This document shows positions 33,072-46,688 of a stretch of DNA of 64,000 nucleotides, in pieces. The translations under genes and the position numbers were made by a program. Below the pieces are notes generated by a model that did not search any database, was not told the DNA's origin, and saw only the letters and a list, made by a program, of their open reading frames with translations. The DNA is from Trichinella spiralis (lineage: Eukaryota): contig NW_003526943.1 in the NCBI RefSeq assembly GCF_000181795.1, positions 2,179,666 to 2,243,665 on the forward strand. Direction: 5' to 3'. The stretch's first letter is position 1. Each line of letters starts with the position of its first letter.

Positions 33072-34792
33072 TTCCAACGACTGAAACAGTTTACATAATT
33101 TTACAGAAGTATAAACGGAAAAGAACTTACATCTGATTGACCTGATTACAAATAAATTCGATAGAAAATATGTTAGTTTCAAAAAATTAAAAACAAAACA
33201 AATTACCGACAAACAGTAAGACAACAAAAAAAATAAAACATTCAGGTTCAATTTACTATATGAGCATTAATTTTATGGCTGCACTATTTTAAAGGATGCA
33301 TTAGATTCAAAATAAAATAGTGTGCATATAAATTAAATCAAACAATTAATTTTCAAATTTTAATGTAATGTTTTAATTTAGCTGTAGCATATTTCAAATG
33401 CTGTTTCACAAAAACTGGACTTAATTTATCGTCAAAAAATAGCTGTACACAAAAATGAGCATTTGAAAAAATTATGAGAATTTTTCTGAATAATTATATA
33501 TCAGTGGAACGCGTTTATCAAAATTTAATTTAAAATGTTGCATAAAAATTAAAAATTATTTTCGCTTTGAAAGTTTGAAGCGTAATTTTGAAGCTGTGAA
33601 TATCTTCATTGCTGAATAAAACCATATTAATCTTAATAAAATTATCAATATGAAACAATAATTTTTTTCCTTATTTAAGAAAGGAACGGTACATTATTTT
33701 GAAATATATTTTTGCATTCGTAAAAAAATTATATGGCATTTAAATCATTCATTTAAATGAAGTTAAAAGTACATGTGCAATATTAAATCAAATTTACTAA
33801 ATTTTCAAATAATCTTCTATTCAAATTTTGAAATTTTTAGTATGCGCATAATCATATGATCTCATTTATTTAAACTTACATAATAAACTATAATAAAATA
33901 ATAATTTTATCTTATATAATTATAAAGTCTTATAATTTAAATTATATTTATATAATATTTAATTAAACCAGTTCTCAAATATATTTACTGTATTTGGTAT
34001 GACTTAACGTTTTATTAATACTTTATTTCGTACAGTAAGAAATATAAATCGGTTTTCTTTAAATATTATTTAAATATTCAAATTTTATAAAATTTTATTA
34101 AGGTAATTTTTTTCTACTTATTTTCATATTTTAATAAATTTTTTTCAGGATTATGTTTTATACATATAACGTTATACAAGGAAAGAAATTTAATTCTGTC
34201 AATTTTTAATATTATTTTAATTAATATTATGTGAAATAAATTTAATCATTATTTATAAATTAAAATTTAGCATGCTATAAATTATTATTGCATATTTGTT
34301 AAGTTCAGCTTGAATGAAATGAATGATCTACAAAAGGCTGCTCAGGTTCAATTACAGCCTGCTTGCGAAAACATCGTTTGGCCTTACAAGTGTGGTGCCC
34401 GTTGTTTCCGATTTGGTCGGTTGTAAATGATTGTGACCGTTGTTTTCTAGAGTTTGTGTTTTGCGGTGTCAACTTTTGCCTTTACTTTAGCGATACATTC
34501 GATTGAAAGATTGTTGCGTTCTACAGAGTGTTGATCGCGCGCACACTTTTTCTAGCTTTTTATATCGCTAGTTTGTTCCACGCGCGCCGACTTATCAAAA
34601 CTAAACACCGTACGTTTGTCTCCATCAGTTACCGTACGGTCTGTTGACGATGGTTTTAAGAACCTTCGTCTGTTGACACGTCTGTACAATTAGCATTTTT
34701 CAAATGCCTGAACGGCAGTTGATTTCCTTTTTTCACGTGCGCAAATTTCGCCTCCTTGACGGTTGGCCACAATTATTCTACCGTAGGCAGCT

Positions 34793-37700
34793 ATGATGGC
34801 CGATCAGTTGGCTTTGGGACAGCCAAGGGTGAAAAAACTGAAATTAGGCTCTCCAAATCTCATCTCTAACAATACGAACAATGGTAATTTTGATTTTAAA
34901 ATATTATTTTGAATGGCATTGTTCCATTTTTGCTCTTATTGTATTTCATTTGTTTAGATTTCAACATCGATTGGCGATCTTTGGATGTTGAATTACCGGA
35001 TGAATTGTTGGAGCCGAATGCGGCCGGCGCTTGTCACTCTGACGTCGGTGGCACGCTTCAGCAGCAGGGTTGCGCAACGGCTACGAATGCATTGAACGGT
35101 TCAGTAGCTGCATGTAATGGGCCGACTGCTGTTGTCGGCCCGCCGCCTTCCACGTCGGATTCTTCCGGCGACAGCTTTAACATGCCTTCTGCTGTAACCG
35201 GATTATCGGAAACGGTTACGACTTGTTCTTCGTCATATGTTTCCAACGGGTTGCCAATGTCGACTGTCAGTGGAGGTGGTGGTAACAGTCTTACTGTTGC
35301 TGGAAATGCTAGTAGTGGCGGTGGCGGTGGCGGCGGCGGCGGTAGTGTGCTCGAAGAGTTGTTGCTTCGTGCATCATCAGGCCAAAGCATGCCACACCAG
35401 TCTAATCCGGTTAGTTCTGTTGCTCACCAAGTGGGTTTATTACCTGGCAATGCGTCCGGCCCGACAAACAGCCCTGGCTTTTGTAATGTACGCAGTCCAG
35501 GTCTTATGAACGCTGCAGGCGTGGCCAGATCGCCGAATATTCGTGGTGGCGCGCCAAATAATTTCCAAGAACAGCAAGCTCAAGGCGCATTTAGTAGTAG
35601 CGGTGCATACATGAATTCAAGCGCTGGCGCTCCGATGCCCCCGCAATATTCAACATTGAACAGTCAGCGCATGCCAATGCAGGCTCCACGTCCACCAGGA
35701 AGTTCAATGTTAAATGGTCATCAGCTGAATGCCCCTGGACCGAATGCACAAAATGGTATTCGAATGAACAAAAATAGTGGATTTACTAATGTAGTCCAAT
35801 CGACACCCGGCAATCCGCCACCTATGGTCGGCAACATAGTTCCTCCATCACACATGCAACAAATGGCTAGTCCAAATCAGATGATTGCAAATCAGCAGGT
35901 TAATCCTAACCCAGTGAGAATGGTAAATTTCAATCTTGTTTTACATTGCTAAGGTATTTTTACAGGTATAAGTAACTTTATGGTCCATGCTAAGGTATTT
36001 TTACAGGTATAAGTCCATAACAGAATGAATGAATGAATAAATAGTGTTTATTAAGTGTTTATACATACTGCGTTTTTGAAAATTTGAAAATCCATTCGCA
36101 GTTGCTTGCAAAAATGATCGCCGTTGAAGGCCTATTAAAAGCATTTTACACTGTGAAGTTCGAACATTTTATTAAATTGATAGGAAGGACTAATGAATTG
36201 CAGTGTAAAAACTACTATTTTCTGTAGCATTGAAGTTTTACACTGGTATGAAAATTATTTTGTCATGCAGTTACTTTATGTTTTAACAGTTTTATTTCTA
36301 TTAGATGAAAAATAGTTTGGAACATTTTGTTCAATATATTTTTGATGTGGTTGATTAGTCAGAAACTAACGTGAATTGTTATTTTTATTTGTTTATCCGT
36401 GCATTTCAACCAATAACCTTTGCATGCGTTGAAGGTACTTTTATTTAAATTTTCTTATTAGCACGGGGGATAATCGAACTCATTTTGCTGCACTTATTTT
36501 AATTTGGTCAAGGTAGTAAGATACGTTTCTGATAACTTGTTCCTATTTTATTTGACAGAGATGAGGAATGACCGTAAGGTAATTGCAGTTACGAGTGCTT
36601 TTTTTACTGCTCATTTTTTATTTCGCAGCTTATACTGTTTAGTTTGTTTAGCAACTGATAGTTTATGAATGTATGTAAAATGTCGATGAAGTTTTGTTCA
36701 GTGTATTTGAATGTTCTTTTTGAACCATTTTTTAATTTAGAACCAACATGCACCTATGAAGTATCTCATTAGGAGGTTCAGTAATATTTACAGTAAGGAA
36801 GCATTTTGCTTTTATTGTAGATTAAGGATGGGGAAATTTTACTGAATCATTGTTTTGTTCTCATTGTACTTGTATGTTGATATTGTTGTTCAGGCACCTG
36901 GACCAATGGGACATGTTCCCAGTAGTCATTATCAAGATCAGCATTACATATCATCACAGATGATTGGAAATGTAAATTCTGCAAGAAATCATACTCCCGA
37001 CTACACATTTCCTCAACAACAGCAACAGCAACATGGTGTTATGCCTCCATACAATGCAGGCATCAATTATGTTTCACAAAGAAATCAGTTTGCCGGCCCT
37101 GTGGTAATTTGTTTTGTAATTAATTTTAAATACTTTATGCTAAGTAAATTTTTAAAATATTTGTAGCCCAATAGTAGTTCGCCGCTGTTGGCATCACTAG
37201 GCGATGCAGTGACAACGGTTGCGGCGTCTGTACAGCAGCAGCAACTTCCGATGGGATTGAATTCAAACGCTGGAGGTATAATGACAAGCGGCAACATTAT
37301 GCCTACTCAAGGAAATTCAAATGGAAGCAATACGGCGCAAGATCCTGAAAAACGAAAGCTAATTCAACAACAGCTGGTTTTGCTTTTGCATGCTCACAAG
37401 TGTCAACAGCGTGAAAGAGATCCATCCGGGCAACGTTCACAGTGTAGTTTGCCCCATTGCCAAACGATGAAAAACGTATTAAATCATATGACGGGTTGTA
37501 CGGAAGGTCGTGCATGTCAAGGTATGCTTGCTGAAAATATACATTGAAAAACAAGCAATACTAAGTTATATATATATATGTATATGTATATATGTATCTT
37601 GTTATGTTTTCACTGCTGACTTTAGTGCCACATTGTGCATCGTCAAGGCAGATAATTGCCCACTGGAAGAATTGTACACGTTCCGATTGCCCTGTTTGTT

Positions 37701-40700
37701 TACCTTTGAAACAAATGACTGACCGTAGACAGCCTATTCCCACCAATCCGCAAATGGCTCATTTAGCGATGTCCGATGCGATTAGCGGACAGCAATCAAG
37801 TCGCTTGAACGCTGCTTCAACTGCAAGTCATGCCTATCTGCCTGTTACCTCAAGAGGTACGTTATTTATTTAATTATTAATAATGTATTTTAAAAAATGT
37901 TACATTGCAGTGTGAATGTGAAAATGTAACTTAATTGGTAAGAGTTTAAAAGTAGAACTTTGCTTATAATAGTTTTTGATCTTTGATTATTTGTCCATTT
38001 ATATTGTGTTTGTCTTTTTGTGAAATACTAAAGAGTTAGATATTGTAATAAATATGCATTTTAGATGGCTTTCCTGATTCTCCAGTCGTTAGAGGAGTGG
38101 TTAGTCCTTCGTATCGGTACGCTGCTCCAATGGCTGCATCGCAAACATCCCCTAGCTTCGGGCCGAGCTTTCCGCCACTTGAAAATGCATCTGTTCCGAA
38201 AGAATGGCACAAACTTGTTACATCAGACTTGCGTCAACATCTTGTTACGAAATTGGTAAAAGCTATTTTTCCATCACCAGATCCAGCTGCAATTCACGAT
38301 CAGAGGATCAAAGATTTGATTCAGTATGCTAGAAAAGTGGAGAAAGAAATGTTTGATGTGGCGGAAGATAGGGTATTAAAGTTTTGATTTTTTTATGAAT
38401 CTTTTTAATTTACATATTTTTGTAGGAAGAATATTATCACCTTTTAGCTGAGAAAATATATAAGATTCAAAAAGAATTGCAAGAAAAAAAGCAGAAACGT
38501 TTGGAAATGGCTAGGGCACAGACAGTAGCGTCTTCGCAGCCTTGTAACTTGTTTTCTTGTTACGCAAATATGACGTTTGTTTGTTAGAATATTATATTTT
38601 TTTAGCTGCTCCACTGACTCCTTGGGATTCAGCAAATCCTCCAAATCGAGTTGCTCCAGTGGATAGTTTGCGCTCAGTTTCTCCATCTAACTCATCTCAT
38701 CATTTCTCAGTAAATCTTTTGTTAGACGAATGTTTTTTTCTTCACCAATGGAGTAATATTTAAAAATTATTGCATGCGCATAGCTTATTATTATTATTGT
38801 TAAAGATTATTCAATTATTATTTTAAATTGCATGTAGTGTTTAGCTGTATGTTTTTTAAACGATATATGATTTTTATAGAATGCTACTTCTTTGGGTTCA
38901 AATGCGACTTTGTCGGTAAAGAACGAGTCTATTTCTGTAAAAGGCGAAGATTGTACTACGTACGATTCAATTTCTGTAAGTATATAGCATATGAAAAATT
39001 TATGTTTTTACTGACATTTTGATTTTATTACGTGCAGGTTGGTTCAGTAAAAGTGGAAGCAGGACCTCATATTAAAAACGAACCTGCAGATGGTCAAACT
39101 GCTTCAGTCACAGAGTCGGTGAAAATGGAGAATGTGAAAATGGAAAACGTCAAGCTAGAAAAAGGAAATCTTGAAATTATGAAATCCAATCCGGAAAAAG
39201 TTTTTACACAAGATGAGCTTGTCAGAGCATTGTTGCCTGTTTGGGAGAGAATTGATCGCATGGAAGAAGCGATTCCATTTCGTGTTCCAGTTGATCCTCA
39301 GCTGTTAAACATTCCAGTAAAAACAGTCCTTTTTGAAATCGATATTTACAACCAGACATAATGTAAAATTGTTTAGGATTACTTTGACATTGTCAAAAAG
39401 CCGATGGATTTGTTGACGATAAAAGAAAATTTGCTTGGAGGCGAATACAAAAAGCCATGGGACTTTTGTGATCATGTGTGGTTGATGTTTGAAAATGCAT
39501 GGCTGTACAATCGTAAAAATTCAAAAGTTTACAAATATTGCACAAAGGCAAGCTTTATTTTATTTGCGTTCAGCTTTTCGTTAAACTTTTTGTGTTTTTA
39601 GCTATCAGAAGTTTTTGTGGAGGAAATTGATCCTGTTATGCGCATGTTGGGTTACTGCTGCGGTAGAAAATTATCTTTTACACCGTTAGCATTAGTTTGT
39701 TATGGCCAGCCGATGTGTGCCATACCTAGGGACGCTCATTATTATTGTTATGAGCCGAAGTAAGTTTGCCTATATTCTTCACATTGTTTGTTTGTTTGTT
39801 TGTTATATTGCCCTCAGTGCTTGGATAATAATAGTTTTGTTGATGGGCAATTTAGATCGCAATTTGGCATTGGAGTAAATTCAGAAAGGTACACTTATTG
39901 CAAAAAATGTTTTGAAGAATATCCAGGCGATGCGATCAACATTGGTGATGATGCAGGATCAAAGTAAATTATTTGAACTTTTGCAATATTATGTTGATCT
40001 TGATGTTGAATGAGCTTTTAGTTTCATTGCAAAGCAAGATTTTCAACTGCTGAAGAATGATCAAATTGAATATGAAACATTTGTTAATTGTCAGATTTGT
40101 CGTAGAAAATGGCATCAGATTTGTGCATTGCACCATGATCAGATTTATCCCGGCGGGTGAGGGTTTATTTTATTTTGGATTCCATTAATGCTTAAATGAT
40201 GAAATGTAGTCATTGATATGATATGATTTGTAAGATTAGTCTTTCTGAGTTTTTAATATTATCAGAAGTAAATTATTGTATTTGTAATTTGTATTTTGAT
40301 TGGATATTGTTTTATAGGTTTGTATGTGAACAATGCCGAATGGTACGGAGTTTAAAGTTACCGGAAAATAAATATACTGCCAAACGTAATTCAACTGCTC
40401 ATTATTTTTGGATTGTAAAATTTTGATTCTTTTAAAAATTATAGGCTTGCCTCATTGCAAATTGTCCATGCACGTGGAAAACCGGGTGAACAAATTTTTG
40501 CGTAAGAGCAACTCATGCGCAGGCGAGGTTATTATACGGGTTTTGGCTAGCTCGGATAAAGAAGTTGAAGTGAAGCCGTTGATGAAAACAAAGTATGAAA
40601 TATTTTGTTGCACTTTGCAAATGCGATAATTTATGACTTTACAGATTTTGCACGATTGGTGAGATTCCGGAAAAGTTCCCTTATCGCACGAAAGCAATTT

Positions 40701-43167
40701 TCGCTTATGAAGTGGTAGATGGAGTTGAAATTTGTTTCTTTGGTTTGCACGTGCAAGAATACGGCAGCAATTGTCCTCAACCCAATTCTAGGTAAGAACT
40801 AAATTTCAAGTGAAATATGCAGTTAGCTTTAGTCTTACGCGTACCATTTCTTTTTTCATTTTTTCTGTTGAAATATTTTGATGTTTTTTTTCCAGGAGAG
40901 TTTACATCGCATATTTGGACAGTGTGCATTTCTTTCAACCGAAGCACATTCGCACGGCAGTTTATCATGAAATTCTGTTGGGTTACTTAGAATATGTCAA
41001 AGTTCTTGGGTAAGCAGCAAAACAGAAATCAGTTTGTGTTTCAGTTGCGACTTTTACTATAATATGTTTTCTTTTTAGTTATACAATGGCGCACATTTGG
41101 GCATGTCCTCCTAGTGAAGGTGATGATTACATATTTCATTGTCATCCTGCTGAGCAGAGGATACCGAAGCCTAAGAGATTGCAAGAATGGTACAAAAAGA
41201 TGTTGGATAAAGGAATTGTGGAACGGATTGTCGTTGATTATAAGGTTAGTGAATAGCCTTATCTTTGAGATATTTTTTTTTTTATTATAATTTGCATATG
41301 TATTGTTTTCGTTTTTGTTTGTGTTAATTCTTTAATTTTTTAGGATATTTACAAACACGCGCAAGATGAACATTTGCAGTCGGCGACGGAATTGCCATAT
41401 TTTGAAGGCGACTATTGGCCGAATGTTTTGGAAGATTGCATAAAGGAGTTGGACGCAGAAGAGGCTGAGCGTCGGAGGGAATTGGAAGCACAAGCGGCAG
41501 CAGATGCTGCCGGAGATGATGTTGAAGATTTGATTGACGAAGTGCACATTCACGAGAAGAAAAAGTCAATGAAGATACAAAAAAAGAAAAGTCAGAAAAA
41601 TAAGAACTCCCAGTCGAAAAAGAGCAAAAAAATCATATCTGGCACTGGTAATGAATTGTCGGACAAAATTTACACGATGATGGAAAAGCACAAAGAGGTT
41701 TATTTCATTTTTGAATGCTTTGTCGCCGATTTGTACAAATTATACTATTTGTACAGGTTTTCTTTGTTGTCCGATTGCATTCAGCGCAGGCAGCTGCAGT
41801 GCTTGCTCCGGTGAACGATCCAGACGCGTTGATTACTTGCGAATTGATGGACGGTCGTGATAGTTTCTTGTCCATTGCTCGGGAGCGTCACTGGGAATTC
41901 AGCAGTCTTCGACGAGCGAAGTTTTCAACAATGGCCCTTTGCTATGAATTGCATACACAAGGACAAGACAAATTTGTATACACCTGCAACGGTTGTAAAG
42001 GAACGAACGCTATGTGGCATTGTACCATTTGTGACGTAAGTTTTTCTTTGATGTGTATACTGCTCGGTGTTGGAATTGTTGAGGCAGAGGTTATTTTAAA
42101 ATTTTTATCACAGGATTTTGATTTATGCCAAGCCTGTTATGAGAAGTCAAATCATGAACACAAGATGGAACAGATCAAGTCAATTATCAGCGACGATAAT
42201 TCAAATTCTGGAGAGTCTGGAGCGTCGAGCGCGAACTCAAGAAATGAATCTATTCAGCGCTGTATGCAAAGCTTGGTGCATGCTTGCCAATGCCGGGATG
42301 CGAACTGTCGACGGTTGAGCTGTCACAAGATGAAGCGTGTTGTTCAGCACACGAAAGTGTGCAAAAAACGTCAAGTCGGGCATTGTCCAGTTTGTAAACA
42401 GTTGGTTGCGTTGTGTTGCTTCCATGCAAGAACTTGTTCTGAGCCTAATTGTTCGGTGCCGTTCTGTCAGAACATACGGCAGAAGTTGAATGAGCAGCAG
42501 TTGCAGTTGCGCAAGAGAGCGCAGCGAGAGATGCAACGCCGTATGAACATGATGCAGCATCAGTCGATGCCAGTTGCAACTACTGGTCCACCGATGTATC
42601 ATCATCATCATCAGTCAGCAGCGCCTAGCCAGCCCTCTCCGTCTGTACCGGCGGTTGGCGGCCAGCCGCCTTCAGCCCCACCTGCTGCTGTGCGGGCTGC
42701 GATGGAAGTGGAGCGAATTGCTGCTTCGCAAAGCTATGCACGACATCCAAATGTACAAATGCCACGGCAGATGGTTGCACCTGGTGCGAACGCAATGGCA
42801 ACTAGACATGTGATGCCGGCATCGACGATGGGAGCAGGAAGCGGAGGATGTTGGGGCGATCCTGGTGTTCCGCCGAAGATGGTTGGCATGCGTGGACCAC
42901 CACCTTCTCAGGTACATCGACATCCTGCAACTGCGCAGCAAGATGCTGCTGGTTCCTTTCAACCCGGTGGTGATGGAATGATGAATCCATCGATGCAGAT
43001 GGCAATGCCGCCACGTATGCCTTATGCAGATGGTAGAGTTCAAATGTTGTTGCAACGTCTGAAAACATCGAACAAAGCTGAGTTTGAATCTCTAACCCGT
43101 GAATTGAATAACGATCCGCAATTGCTGGCTACTGTAATCAATATGCGACATCAACAGAGTCAGTTTC

Positions 43168-43198
<31 letters not shown>

Positions 43199-43657
43199 GC
43201 AGCAGCAGCAGCAGAATCCAGTAGGAAGTGCTCCGCAGGTGACTCCGAACATGGTTCCAAGTCCTAGAGCACAGTGGAATGTGAGCTCACAAGTCGCTGG
43301 CAATTATGGTGTTTCTTCTCCTGGCATGCCACCACCTTCTGGTCAAGGCCAGATGCAACAAAGACCTCAGTTTTATCCCAGCACGGGAGCTAATAGCGGT
43401 GGAGGAGGATCGGCTGGACCGCAACGAATGCCACATCCTTCTCCGGCGCAGTTGGGTCCACCATCATATGTCAGTCAGCAGCAACAACACGACCAGCAGA
43501 GACGTATGGGTCCTGCTCCAGGGCAATATCAAAGTGGGCAGCAAGCTGCCGCCCTTGGTAGAGGTTATGTTGGAAGTGAGCAGCAGCCTCAAGCTGCTTA
43601 TGGAAGTTCGCAACTTCCGCGTTATCAGATTCCGGTTCAAGGCGGTCAGCAACAGCC

Positions 43658-43719
<62 letters not shown>

Positions 43720-43988
43720 AGCAGCTGATCAATCAGGTGCGATCTCCTTCCCAAGGCATGCTGGTTAGATCTCCTTTGCAACAGTCGGTCATGTCACCAG
43801 CTACACCGATGGCGGGTGCGCATTTAGGCTCACAGATGATGCATGGTCCAGCGCAGCCTGGTCCTCTTCCTTCAAATGCAGGTGCAGGAATGCATCATCA
43901 TCCTGGTTTGATAGATTCTGGGCAGATGCCGTCAGGCGGTGGTGCTGGCGACCCCTCCGCTCTTCCCGACCAAAGCAAGTACATGTGA
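34793..43988 (+). CDS. cbp-1: CREB-binding protein / p300 histone acetyltransferase, multi-exon
   Basis: Domains in order: TAZ1 ([22 protein letters not shown]), KIX ([19 protein letters not shown]), bromodomain ([18 protein letters not shown]), RING/PHD, HAT ([30 protein letters not shown]), ZZ, TAZ2 ([13 protein letters not shown]) and a Q-rich tail. Confidence 0.97.
35947..36014. repeat. 27-bp direct repeat in a CBP intron
   Basis: tgctaaggtatttttacaggtataagt occurs at 35947-35973 and again at 35988-36014. Confidence 0.9.
43167..43214 (+). repeat. CAA/CAG polyglutamine repeat in CBP
   Basis: A (CAA)n(CAG)n run in frame in the last exon. Confidence 0.9.
43659..43724 (+). repeat. Second CAG/CAA polyglutamine repeat in CBP
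   Basis: Mixed CAG/CAA run in frame. Confidence 0.9.
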
Positions 43989-46632
43989 AACGCTTGCCTT
44001 TTTCTTCCTTCTACAAAAACTCATTTTGGTTGCCCACTGCTGATTTTTTAACGCCAAAGCAGTTCGTGTTCGTGCTTATGTTTTTTGAATGTCCTCAGGA
44101 GATTTTCACAGGTGACGACTCTATTTGGTGGAAAATCTTGATAAAGAGAAAGAACATTGTCATTATTTATTCATCGTTATTTTGAAATTTCACATGAGCA
44201 GCTTTTTTAAGACAGCTGTTGCTTTTTATTGCAGTTGCCACCCAGCACTGATTGCATTTTGAACTTCAGATTTTTTCTTGCTGTTGTGATTTATTCGGTC
44301 AAGTTGTTAAGCACATTGCAGTGATGATGACGTGATATTACTTTTTTTTCTTTGTTTACTGCCGCCAGATGTGTTCACGCTTGTTGTGTTCACGTTGGAA
44401 ACTTTGTGTACATGCGCTGAAAAGCATCGTGTGCGGGTCAGAAAAACATCGCGGACGCGTTATTTGTTCTTTTTTTCGTCGCGTTTTCTTTTTCATGTTC
44501 ATAAATATGCTTATCTGAAATGTGATCGATGCTTAAATGCAAATTTGCTGCGCCGCGGCATGATTTCTTCTCACATACCGTCTATTGGCGTTCAGGCTGT
44601 CTACTTGAGACTTTCAACAAAAAATGAAGAGAAAAGGAGAAGCCGTTCTTTTCTGTTCTTCGGTTGTTTGTTTTTAGCGCCCGACGTGATTTATGGGCTT
44701 CTTTTCTTCATGTATATTATTATTTTTTGTTCAAAGTTTTTAATGGAATAGTTATTGTGATATTTCATTCTTCTGAATGCATTAAAAGATCTTGTCTCCA
44801 ACTTTGACTTTTGGATGCTCGAGGTTGTATATGTGTTTGGGAAAAATTGTGATATAAAAGTTACTAGCGTAACAGTTTGTTTTTCCTCTAAGCTTTGTGC
44901 ATAGGGGTGATTTAAATACGGTGAAAAGTTTTTTTCTAACCTATAAATTGTAGAAATGTTTTTTAATAATATAAATCAATATGCGAAGAATGCGGAAATT
45001 GAAGCTGAAATATTGAAAAGTCATATACAAATTATCGTACATGGGACGACTGTTGTGAACAGAATTGGGATTCTGATTTTGACTGTCGTATGGTTATGTT
45101 TTGTTTTGTGCTATACGATTAGATTATATTGGATTGTTTAAACTTGGCACGGCAGTTAAATTTGCGTAGCAAAGAGTGGTCCATTCGATCGGTTATTTTT
45201 TGAATGGTTTAACTTTCAAGCCGTAAAGTTACTTCTCCGCATGAAACTTTGAAATATAATAACGATGAATGTATATGGAAAAGGAAATGGACACGTTGAA
45301 GAATATTTCAAATTTATTTTTATTGCAGTAGTATTTTTCAAAGTAAATATTTGATGTGAACCCGAAAAAATGTTAAATTGGAAACAACTTTAAACAGTTC
45401 AAAGAATCAGGGTTGCTGAATTTTGCATTTTGTAAAAATTATAAAGCACTAGATGAATTAGGAAAACCAATATAATAATTTAATATTTTTCAAAGTTGAC
45501 AGGAGGTAAGTTTGTTATCGGTGACAAAATTTCCACTTTGTTCCAAGCATGAAACTGGGGGAAATGGATTTCCAAATTTCGCACTCTGTGACGACATGAA
45601 AAAGTGAAATAGTTGTATAAATTTGAAAATAATCCTGCAGAAGTGTGTGAATAAAATAAAATCCTGCAGTGGATTTGTTGAAAACGTGTTGAAGAAGTAA
45701 TGCAAAGTGCCAACTGCCGCCACCAACCAGAGCAATTTGTTTGACTGATGAACTTTAGCAGCGGGAAGAAGCGGGGAGGGAGGGGCAGCAGCAGGTACAG
45801 CCGAGCATCCAAAGTTTACTGGAAAAGTCCATCAGTAGGTTGTTTTTACCAGTTTGCTTATTACTTGGCAAGCTTTCATTGTCTTATTATACCAATTGAT
45901 AAAATTGAAGGATAGGAAGAAAAAATAACAGAAAAGAGGAACGCAGCTATTTGCTCACTTGCCAACGAGATCGACCTCTTCTTGTGACAATGCAAAAAGT
46001 ATTATTTTCTTTTTTTCGCACTCACCAACACTCAATATTTCGAATGTCCAACGTTTTCTTCCAATTCAATGGAAATGGATCCTCTGTCAATTTTCAGTTT
46101 TAATAATAATAATAATTTGATGTTTGTTGATACGACAGTCACCATTATTGCTTTTATTTGAACAATTCAGAAAAAAATATATTGCCGTATTTATAATCAG
46201 CACCAATTGAAACAGAACCAATGCATGCATTGATCATCAGAATAATTTGCTTACTTGAGAGATAAATGAAAATGAAATAAAATAATGGAAAAGTACAATG
46301 GATTGTTTCATTTTTATTAAATAGGAATCAATCAGTGTAAGCATTAATAATTAAAAAAATGTAAGCAAATATTTCAAAATATAAAATTTTCGATTCAACA
46401 ATTTGCTCGAATTAATCAAATAACAGAAACACGGATCTGTATATAGGAGGTATAGTAAATATTATTTTGCACACTTATTTGGAACAGTTTTTAAGCTTGC
46501 TGTACAGATAAAACGAAATCTTTTATCACTTGTCACTTATCACATCTTTCTCTGTTGTTTTTTGTTTAATATTTTTGTTTAATATATTTTTGAAAAATTT
46601 ATAAATTATAATACAATGTCAGTCAGCACTGT

Positions 46633-46633
<1 letters not shown>

Positions 46634-46688
<55 letters not shown>
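46634..46688. repeat. Compound (CA)n(TA)n microsatellite
   Basis: Directly visible in the sequence. Confidence 0.95.

Noticed and set aside
33072..33251. Hydrophobic 60-aa N-terminal extension of the ABI-1 ORF
   Set aside because: It begins at a non-ATG codon, is T-rich intron/UTR sequence containing splice signals, and homology starts at MSDFC.
36559..36775. Possible CBP microexons near 36559-36579 and 36741-36760
   Set aside because: With the best splice sites they are out of frame or contain a stop. The one in-frame option needs a weak GAG acceptor.
42237..43781. Several overlapping ORFs within the last CBP exon
   Set aside because: Alternative-frame and antisense shadows of a GC-rich, low-complexity Q/P/G exon.
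44332..44751. 139-aa + strand ORF after CBP
   Set aside because: Non-ATG start and T-rich composition. It lies within the expected CBP 3' UTR and has no recognisable motif.
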